NCBI GenBank assembly: GCA_963708295.1
Contig: CAVPSJ010000008.1
Span: 90,661-122,660, forward strand
Length of the DNA stretch: 32,000 nt
DNA from: an uncultured delta proteobacterium
GTDB lineage: Bacteria; Desulfobacterota; BSN033; UBA1163
Reading direction: 5' to 3'
The position numbers and the translations under genes are program-made. Shown in pieces: positions 16,754-23,565 of the stretch (its first letter is position 1; each line of letters starts with the position of its first letter). The notes beneath the pieces are model-generated. The model worked only from the letters and a program-made list of their open reading frames with translations. It made no database searches and was not told where the DNA came from.

Positions 16754-17004
16754 TCCCATCAGGATTTCGACCAAAAATAATTCCTCTTCCGCTCACACAT
16801 TGCTGCCTTTCCTCATCAAAACCTCGGACTTTTTTGTTCACATGCTGAACTATTTTCATATCTAAACGAATCTTCTAGCTCCGAGGTAACTGACTAATCC
16901 TTTGAAATCATAAGTAGTTTTCGATTCTTAGCCTATTTATGAAAATTGGCATAAGAATTGCTGAGTTATAAGATAGTGTTATTACTTTGCTTTTAGGAGG
17001 AATA

Positions 17005-17763
17005 ATGTTAGGTCTGCTCCAGTTATTGCTCGCCGTCATTGCGATCTACGGCGCCCTCAAATTCTCTGAAGATCTGAAACTTGTCGTTCCTCTGGGATGT
17101 CTGATCGCCATGTTTGTCGTGAGCAGAATTGAAAAAGGAAATTCCGAAAAGAAGATCTCAAGGAAGAATTTCTTGCAATCAGAAATGGACAAGGTCTCGA
17201 AGAAGGAGTCTATGGCAATTAAAGATCAGGATTATTCGACCGTTGAGTCACTTCTGTGGCCCAAAAGTGAACTGCTCTTAATCGATACCGTTCATTCCAT
17301 CTTCAAGGACTTGGGGTTCAGGATTTCTACCGGGATTAACTACCAATCCGTGGATCGCATCATGAAGATCCCGGAAACCCGGATGGTCTTTGGAGTACAG
17401 GTTCTGATCAGTGAAGGAGAAGTAGAGGGAAACCATCCCAAAATCAATCGGGCCTTACAGTTTGATAAAGAGAAGAGGGAGAATGAGAAATCCCTGATTA
17501 TTGCGGCCACTCATATTCGTCTCCCCCTTTCTGAAATGGGCCAAGTGCCCCATCTCTCCAAAGAGCTGAGCCATTTCTTAAGTCGGCACAATATGAGTTT
17601 GATTACCACCCGCCACCTTTACGAACTTTGGCAGAAGGCCAGGGGGGGGGAGATTGATATTCTTGGTTTTTTTGAGCACGTCTATTCTCACTCCAATGGG
17701 GCCGCACTATTAAACGGGGCTGTAAATTCTCACTCACCCATGTCGAACCTGCCCGTCCAGTAG
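17005..17763 (+). CDS. Hypothetical membrane-anchored protein (two N-terminal TM helices, ~200-aa soluble C-terminal domain)
   Basis: ATG 17005 follows TAGGAGGAATA. It starts MLGLLQLLLAVIAIYGAL...VVPLGCLIAMFVVS, then has a charged linker and a C-terminal domain. It is preceded by 250 nt of A+T-rich non-coding DNA. No family recognised. Confidence 0.55.
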   Translation: MLGLLQLLLAVIAIYGALKFSEDLKLVVPLGCLIAMFVVSRIEKGNSEKKISRKNFLQSEMDKVSKKESMAIKDQDYSTVESLLWPKSELLLIDTVHSIFKDLGFRISTGINYQSVDRIMKIPETRMVFGVQVLISEGEVEGNHPKINRALQFDKEKRENEKSLIIAATHIRLPLSEMGQVPHLSKELSHFLSRHNMSLITTRHLYELWQKARGGEIDILGFFEHVYSHSNGAALLNGAVNSHSPMSNLPVQ

Positions 17764-17935
17764 TAAACAAAAGGGGCCGAGAGGCCCAGCGCCATTAAAA
17801 TCCTCGATCTCCAATACTTCTCCTTACAGAATTTCTATTTTGTTGTGGTTTTATCGTTTCGCTTGAACCCTTAATCCCAAAAGCCTTGAACCCAAAAATT
17901 GTGAGATCTTTCGATTTATTCATCTCCTCGTTATA

Positions 17936-18700
17936 ATGGAAGTGATGAAAGTCAAAGAGATCTTCGCCAAGACCGTTCTGACCAAGACAGCCATCTCCGG
18001 TTTTGATTACTGTATCAACCCTTATGTCGGGTGTGGACATGGTTGCCGGTACTGTTATGCCAGCTTCATGAAGCGTTTCACCGGTCATCTGGAGCCCTGG
18101 GGGGAGTTCATCGATGTGAAGGTCAATGCCCCTGTTCTGCTGAAGAAGCAGTTAAAGCGAGCGAAGCAAGGGTTGGTGGCCCTCAGTACGGTGACCGACC
18201 CCTATCAGCCGGTCGAGAAAAAATATCAACTGACTCGAAAATGTTTAGAAGCCCTTCTGGAAGCTGAATTTTCTGTCAATCTCCTGACCCGGTCACCTCT
18301 TTGCATGAGAGATATTGATTTGTTGAAGCAGTTTGGAAATATTGAAGTAGGCTTCTCTATTGCGACTCATGATGAGGGGATCAAGAAGCTTTTTGAGCCC
18401 CATTCTCCTTCGATCGACTCCCGGGTGAAAGCTCTGCGAGCCCTCCATCGAGAAAAGATTCGGACTTACGCTTTTGTCGGTCCGATGCTTCCTTTGGACC
18501 CGAAGCCGCTTGTGGCGATGCTGGAAGGGGTGATTGATGAGGTTTTGATCGATCGAATGAATTACCCGAATAAGGTGAAAGCGATTTATCGCAAAGCCAA
18601 ACTGGATCGGTATTTGGAAGAAAGCTATTTTCATCTGGTCGGAATCGAGTTGAAGGAGCGTTTTGAAGAAAAAGGAATTCCTGTTTCGATGATATTTTAG
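17936..18700 (+). CDS. Radical SAM protein, SPL / DNA-repair-photolyase-like (COG1533-type)
   Basis: EIFAKTVLTKTAISGFDYCINPYVGCGHGCRYCYA carries a CxxxCxxC cluster motif in the typical SplB-like N-terminal context. An alternative start is ATG 17945. Confidence 0.75.
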   Translation: MEVMKVKEIFAKTVLTKTAISGFDYCINPYVGCGHGCRYCYASFMKRFTGHLEPWGEFIDVKVNAPVLLKKQLKRAKQGLVALSTVTDPYQPVEKKYQLTRKCLEALLEAEFSVNLLTRSPLCMRDIDLLKQFGNIEVGFSIATHDEGIKKLFEPHSPSIDSRVKALRALHREKIRTYAFVGPMLPLDPKPLVAMLEGVIDEVLIDRMNYPNKVKAIYRKAKLDRYLEESYFHLVGIELKERFEEKGIPVSMIF

Positions 18701-18702
18701 GA

Positions 18703-18843
18703 AAGTGACTAAAATTCAAAATGGGCGAAAGTGAACTAAAGTGACTAAAGTGAAAAGTGACTAAAGTTAAGAGATCGGAAAAACTTCAACTTCATTTGAA
18801 TTCAACTCTAGGCATTTTAGGCACTTCTAACTTTAGGCACTCA
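18703..18843. repeat. Imperfect palindrome with tandem GTGACTAAA units versus TTTAGGCAC units (locus L3)
   Basis: GTGACTAAA at 18705, 18741 and 18757, plus GTGAACTAAA at 18731. The right arm has TTTTAGGCAC (18815-18824) and CTTTAGGCAC (18831-18840). The centre is TTCATTTGAATTCAACTCTAGG (18791-18812). Confidence 0.65.
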
Positions 18844-18856
18844 ATGGAGGTATTCT

Positions 18857-19780
18857 ATGACCCTCGGTAGATTCGGATTGAGAAGAAGAGAATATGATTT
18901 TCCACCCTTCCGGCCGCCCAGCGAGGCGAACAGTCTCCTTCTGAGAGTGACCCGGGGATGTCCGTGGAACCGATGTACCTTCTGCTCAATGTACAAAGGG
19001 ACGAAGTTCGAGATCAGACCCGTCGAGGAAGTCCTGGGAGATATCGAATCCGCAAGAGATCTTTATGGGGATAGAGTCAGGACCGTTTTTATCGGAGACT
19101 CCAATAGCCTTGTGGTGAAAACCGAAATGCTGGTCAAAATTATGAACGCCCTTCTTTCATCCTTCCCTCACGTCGAACGGGTGACCAGTTATGCCCGAGC
19201 CAAGACCATTGCCAAGAAACCCCTGGAGGATTTAATAAGAATTCGGGAAGCGGGCTTAAACCGGCTTCACGTAGGTCTTGAAACCGGAGACCGTGATCTT
19301 CTCAAGGAGATTGCGAAGGGGGCGACCCCGGAAGAGATGGTCGAGGCGGGAAGAAAAGCGAAGGAAGCCGGGTTTGAATATTCTCTCTATGTCTTGCTGG
19401 GGATTGGCGGTGAGGAAAAATGGGAACAGCATGCCAAAGGGACGGCTGAGGTGTTAAATCAAATCGATCCCCATTTCATCCGTGTTCGAACCTTTATCCC
19501 CCAACCCAATTCTTCGGTTTATGATGCTATTACAGAAGGCCGTTTTCAACCGCCCCGGCCGGAAACGATACTAAAGGAAACAAAACTGCTTTTGGAGAAG
19601 CTTCAGGTGACTTCCCAGTTCTTAAGCGACCATATTTCTAACCTTCTTCCCCTCCACGGAAAGCTTCCCGAAGATAAGGGGAAAATGATTCAGATGATCG
19701 AAGAGGTCCTCAAAGGGTTGAAAGAAAATGATGGGTTGAGAGAAGAGATGGAGATGAGAAGACACCTCACCAATCTGTAA
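18857..19780 (+). CDS. Radical SAM domain protein (Elp3/MiaB-like core, function unknown)
   Basis: ATG follows GGAGG. LLLRVTRGCPWNRCTFCSMY carries CxxxCxxC. A GDSNSL and LHVGLETGD TIM-barrel-type core follows. Confidence 0.75.
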   Translation: MTLGRFGLRRREYDFPPFRPPSEANSLLLRVTRGCPWNRCTFCSMYKGTKFEIRPVEEVLGDIESARDLYGDRVRTVFIGDSNSLVVKTEMLVKIMNALLSSFPHVERVTSYARAKTIAKKPLEDLIRIREAGLNRLHVGLETGDRDLLKEIAKGATPEEMVEAGRKAKEAGFEYSLYVLLGIGGEEKWEQHAKGTAEVLNQIDPHFIRVRTFIPQPNSSVYDAITEGRFQPPRPETILKETKLLLEKLQVTSQFLSDHISNLLPLHGKLPEDKGKMIQMIEEVLKGLKENDGLREEMEMRRHLTNL

Positions 19781-19799
19781 TTAACACTTAGGGAACCCC

Positions 19800-20560
19800 G
19801 GCCCGGATGGCGGATACTTACCCTCCTCACCCATTGTTGCCAGTAATTCTGCCCAACCAGAGGGTTTTGATTTCACCTACAAAGCGTCGAAGTTAGTCTT
19901 TATCGAGATTGTTGATTTCTGATTGAAAGACAGTATGAGGAGCCGTTTCTGCCTTTTGGTTTCTGATATATTCTTGAACGACTTCAGCTGTAATTCCATC
20001 TGCGACACTAGCAATGTAATAGCCCGCTGCCCAAAACGTTCCCTCTTTCCAGATGTGTTGTTGAATAACGTCGAGGAATTCTTCCCTGATCTTTCTTGAG
20101 GATATACTTTTTAAAATCTGAACAATCCTCATAGGTGTGTCTGTAGGTCGTGCCTCAATCAACATATGAACGTGGTCAGGCATCACTTCATGAGCGATGA
20201 TCTTGAACCCGTACTCATAGGCAATGTCGGCTAAGATGCGTTTTAACCGGACCGCCAAATTACCAATTAGAAAGCTTCGACGGTATTTTGTTATCCAGAC
20301 AAGATGATATTTCAAGTTGTATCTTGAGTGCGAGCCTGACCTCGTATTGTCTTGATAGAAATAATCCAAGACTGCTTTTAATGTCTCTTGTCGTTTTGTT
20401 TCTTCATACATGTTCTTTTGCCTTTCAGGGGAGCTTTCGGAAGGGGTGTTTCAAATACTGATTATAGAAAGTAATCTAGAGCTTTCATAGCCAGCTGTCA
20501 ATCAACGACTTCAGAAAGAAACATTGCATCTCTTCCCCTCGTTTGCCCAAGAAATGGGCA
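19800..20560 (-). mobile_element. IS200-like insertion sequence (ends not determinable by eye)
   Basis: tnpA plus flanking non-coding DNA. There is a subterminal hairpin candidate, TGCCCA-agaaa-TGGGCA, at 20544-20560. The boundaries are guesses. Confidence 0.3.
19893..20411 (-). CDS. tnpA: IS200/IS605-family Y1 (HUH) transposase TnpA
   Basis: YNLKYHLVWITKYRR, HUH motif PDHVHMLI, and catalytic-Tyr context FWAAGYYIASV. No tnpB is adjacent. Confidence 0.85.
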   Translation of the reverse strand: MYEETKRQETLKAVLDYFYQDNTRSGSHSRYNLKYHLVWITKYRRSFLIGNLAVRLKRILADIAYEYGFKIIAHEVMPDHVHMLIEARPTDTPMRIVQILKSISSRKIREEFLDVIQQHIWKEGTFWAAGYYIASVADGITAEVVQEYIRNQKAETAPHTVFQSEINNLDKD

Positions 20561-20816
20561 GTCAGACCGGCAACGGATTAACAGGAGATACCCCAAAGAA
20601 TGAAGATTTCTTTTGAAAGTCATTGGATCGTTTCTTCTTCCACCCATGCAGACGAACTTCCCACAAAATGTTTCCTGAAGACTTCATCCCGAAATTAGCA
20701 GAGGTCTCTCGGAAAATAAGAGGAATCCCAATTATGAGAGACAGGCCCTTCGGTCTAATAAAAAGGTGAAAGACAGGATGGAAAACTTAATCGCAATCCC
20801 CTGTCTCACTACTTGG

Positions 20817-21080
20817 CTAATTTAGCTTGTGGCAGATCAGGCATTGTTCCTTCGGTGGGTGTTTAGTAGGTAAAGGGATAGCCTGAGAGTTGTGGCAGGT
20901 TATGCAGCCTCTTTCAACCTCAATCCTGTCCCCGCCTTTCTTCATGGCCTCATGAAAGGCTCGGTGCTTCTTGTCAGCAGGTACTCGCTTGGCTTTTTCA
21001 TGGCCAGTAATCATAATGAGCACAACGATCACGACCGCAACAGCTGCAATTGTTAACAAGTCTCTCTTGGTCACCTTCAT
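20817..21080 (-). CDS. Small membrane-anchored dihaem c-type cytochrome (87 aa)
   Basis: N-terminal TM helix LLTIAAVAVVIVVLIMI and two CxxCH motifs (CITCH, CLICH). Confidence 0.65.
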   Translation of the reverse strand: MKVTKRDLLTIAAVAVVIVVLIMITGHEKAKRVPADKKHRAFHEAMKKGGDRIEVERGCITCHNSQAIPLPTKHPPKEQCLICHKLN

Positions 21081-21232
21081 GAAATCACCCTGCTTTTACT
21101 GTCCAGCCTCAGAGAAACGGTTTTTTCAAATTCGATAGCTTGACCTCATCCTTTGGACAGACTCGTAGCGCAATTACACCTATCAATCCGTAAGGTGAGC
21201 TAATCTGAGCGTTGATGATTACCGATGGAAAT

Positions 21233-21270
21233 AAACAAAAAAGGGCAAGACCATTTCTAATCCTGCCCTT
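21233..21270 (-). terminator. Rho-independent terminator downstream of the DJ-1/PfpI-like gene
   Basis: On the minus strand: AAGGGCA (complement of 21264-21270), a 16-nt loop, TGCCCTT (21241-21247), then TTTTTTGTTT. Confidence 0.6.
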
Positions 21271-21344
21271 GTGATGTTGTGATTGACACGGAACTCTTGC
21301 TTCAGATCATTTTTATGGGAATTTTAACTGAGCCTATAATGTTT

Positions 21345-22034
21345 TCATTTAGGCCCAATTGCTGCAATGAATTTCTGTGTCAATTCGACAGTCCCATTTT
21401 GCAGGCCTAACGCTCTTTCCAACATGGGGCAAGCTCCAGAAGTGATGATTTTGCCATCCTGGACGACTCCCGTCCCACTATAAATTGCCCCTTCGAATCT
21501 TGGATCCGTTATCGACCGTGTTTTCGTCGTCTTAAGAGGATCCCCGACGTAGGCGTATCTCTTTCCCTTCAAGAGGCCTGCTTCCGCCAAGATAATAGCC
21601 GAGTTTGCAGCAGCAGCAACAGGTTTCCCGTCTGCGAGACACTTCTTTGCTGCCTCCATTGCCAGAGGAGCCACTGGCGGGCCTGGAAACATCCCGACAG
21701 CCATGCACGGCATAATTATACCCGCATAGTCGTTCAATTTGATTTCTGATAGCCTCAAAACTTTTTCAATTTTTTGCGTAGGACCTATGCAGGGGTAGCC
21801 TGATGTGGTAGCGATGTCCACATCAAAGCCTGCATTTTTAAGAAGAAGGGTCATCACACCCACTTCCATTTTGATCATCAGGTCTGCATCTTGTGAGTAT
21901 CCTTCACGAGGAATCATGAGAACTTTGCGAACGCTCTGTCCCAAGGCCTCCGTAGGCCCCATGATGGAATGTGATGAAAATGAAACTACCCCAATAACAA
22001 AAATTAGTGAAGCAAGGATGACAATTTTTCTCAT
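21345..22034 (-). CDS. Secreted DJ-1/PfpI (class I glutamine amidotransferase-like) family protein lacking the nucleophile cysteine
   Basis: ATG follows GGAAGGAGG. Signal peptide MRKIVILASLIFVIGVVSFS. The nucleophile-elbow region reads GKPVAAAANSAIILAEAGLLKGKR where the family has ...AAIC(H/A)G.... Confidence 0.65.
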   Translation of the reverse strand: MRKIVILASLIFVIGVVSFSSHSIMGPTEALGQSVRKVLMIPREGYSQDADLMIKMEVGVMTLLLKNAGFDVDIATTSGYPCIGPTQKIEKVLRLSEIKLNDYAGIIMPCMAVGMFPGPPVAPLAMEAAKKCLADGKPVAAAANSAIILAEAGLLKGKRYAYVGDPLKTTKTRSITDPRFEGAIYSGTGVVQDGKIITSGACPMLERALGLQNGTVELTQKFIAAIGPK

Positions 22035-22450
22035 TTTCGTCCTCCTTCCGCATTACTGTTTTTTTATCATTAGGAGAGTATTCTGGAGTTTGCCCTTACA
22101 GGTTTCTGTCATTTTGAGTGCCTCCAAAGGGATAATCAATTCCCTTGGAGGCTTCAACTCGGGACCTCTGAAAGTTCCTTTTCATAACTCTCTCCAAAAG
22201 GTTACGGTTAAGTTGAGAAGTTGGCTTTTAAAGGCGATGTAAGTTGGTAAGAAAGTACTAATTCTAATTGAAAAAGTCAACAAGAATTATCGATTACCAC
22301 TTCAAAAGTTGTATGAGTGGAGGATTCCAGAAGATCACGAGTACAGGAAGTTATCCACGATGCGGCAGGGAATCGGATTACGCTGACGAACGAGTAGTAT
22401 TCGTCCGCGAATCAGACAGGCTACCGAGGAAAGCAAATAAACCCCTTAAC

Positions 22451-22741
22451 TTACGTGTCCCGATCTTCCCGGAGGAATTCCTGAGCCACGCCCTCGCGTG
22501 CAGGAAACTGCGGCGGTAATCGCATTGCCCTTCCTTTCCGCACCGGTCCAAGCAGACCTTGCTCCTCCATTTTCTTGATTCGCTCGGCCAGCGAGAAATG
22601 ATCTTTCGGCACCGGCACAATTTTCCCCACCGGTTTACCCCGATCAGTAATAATAACTTCCTGAACTTGCGTCACCATTTTTAATAGCTTACTTAGATTG
22701 ATTTTTGCCTCTCTAACGCCAACACTAATCATCTTCGTCAT
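22451..22741 (-). CDS. Phd/YefM-family type II antitoxin (no intact partner toxin)
   Basis: MTKMISVGVREAKINLSKLLKMVTQVQEVIITDRGKPVGKIVPV is the typical Phd/YefM N-terminal fold signature. There is no ORF of 60 aa or more downstream on this strand before 22034. Confidence 0.7.
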   Translation of the reverse strand: MTKMISVGVREAKINLSKLLKMVTQVQEVIITDRGKPVGKIVPVPKDHFSLAERIKKMEEQGLLGPVRKGRAMRLPPQFPAREGVAQEFLREDRDT

Positions 22742-22753
22742 CCGTAATATAGT

Positions 22754-22809
22754 TCAAATAGTTCCGATCTCTTTGGGGATTTCCACCAGCATCTTCGTTC
22801 CGAATCTCA
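22754..22809 (-). repeat. Displaced duplicate of the 3' end of the M20 peptidase gene
   Basis: 22778-22809 matches 23587-23618 at 30 of 32 nt. On the minus strand it reads VRFGTKMLVEIPKEIGTI*, versus the peptidase C-terminus LRFGTKMLVEIIKEVAT*. Confidence 0.75.
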
Positions 22810-22817
22810 CACATTTT

Positions 22818-23243
22818 CTAAGGACTGACTATGTCTACTTCTTCTGCATCCCTAAAATGCTTTTTATCGAATGTATAGATTTTCTTAGCGCCTTTGACTT
22901 TTGCAAATTCAATGATCCAGCCATCGATCAGGTCAATTTTCTTGCTGTGATAGAGTTTCAGGGCTGCCTTTATCACCGGTTTGTCTTGGGTGTCAATCCC
23001 GGGTGTGTTAAGGATAGCCTCGACCAACCCCGTGATATCATCCGCTGTCATTTTATAAAAACTCTCTAAAACCCAGACAAGCTCTGCAATGACAATTGAA
23101 GGAATCAATATCTTTATCTCCCCTTTTCGAGCGCTGTTCAAAAGGGAATCGACCGCTTTCGCCTTTTGCGGTTCGTCATCCGTCAAATAGCGAACAAGAA
23201 GATTCGTATCAATCACAACGTCTTCTTTGTTATTTTCTAACAC
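22818..23243 (-). CDS. vapC: PIN-domain toxin VapC
   Basis: The four acidic PIN positions are present: VVIDTNLL, SIVIAELVWVL, IDLIDGWII and YTFDKKHF. It overlaps vapB by 14 nt. Confidence 0.85.
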   Translation of the reverse strand: MLENNKEDVVIDTNLLVRYLTDDEPQKAKAVDSLLNSARKGEIKILIPSIVIAELVWVLESFYKMTADDITGLVEAILNTPGIDTQDKPVIKAALKLYHSKKIDLIDGWIIEFAKVKGAKKIYTFDKKHFRDAEEVDIVSP

Positions 23244-23484
23244 GGCCTAATTTATCCCCAAGATGTTTTTTTGCCACATTCCTCATGACATCAAAGTCTG
23301 CGGGTGCTCTTTTTCCTTTTAGGAATCCCTTGAATTCGCGAAGTGTTTTAGCCGTTCTTACGATGACCTTATCATCTTCTTTTTCAAAAACGACCACCGC
23401 TCCTGTATCGACCTTGAGAAGCCTTCTGACTTCCTTGGGCAATGTAATTTGGCCCTTTGATGTGATCTTAGCGGTTAATGCCAT
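23230..23484 (-). CDS. vapB: AbrB/SpoVT/MazE-fold antitoxin VapB
   Basis: MALTAKITSKGQITLPKEVRRLL is the classic swapped-hairpin AbrB-type N-terminus. Confidence 0.85.
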   Translation of the reverse strand: MALTAKITSKGQITLPKEVRRLLKVDTGAVVVFEKEDDKVIVRTAKTLREFKGFLKGKRAPADFDVMRNVAKKHLGDKLGRVRK

Positions 23485-23565
23485 CGGACAACTCCTTACA
23501 ATAAATAAGTTCCTTACTTTTATACTATATCTTACCTACCCTCTTGTCAAGGGGAATTATAAAAA

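Noticed and set aside
18705-18766. Possible CRISPR array (repeated GTGACTAAAG)
   Set aside because: The units are only 9-10 nt, with 0-16-nt gaps. They are mirrored by complementary units downstream, and there are no cas genes.
20585-20710. 41-codon minus-strand ORF (MKSSGNILWEVRLHGWKKKRSNDFQKK...) upstream of tnpA
   Set aside because: It has a poor RBS and no recognisable motif. It may simply be IS-flanking sequence.
22338-22445. Remnant of a PIN toxin after the Phd antitoxin (GVYLLSSVACLIRGRILLVRQRN...)
   Set aside because: It has no start codon, only 35 codons, and the first PIN aspartate is absent. The similarity is too weak without a profile search.
22268-22519. Plus-strand 83-aa ORF (TTG start) overlapping the antitoxin 3' end
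   Set aside because: It has no RBS, lies antisense to a good Phd gene, and its translation has no recognisable features.
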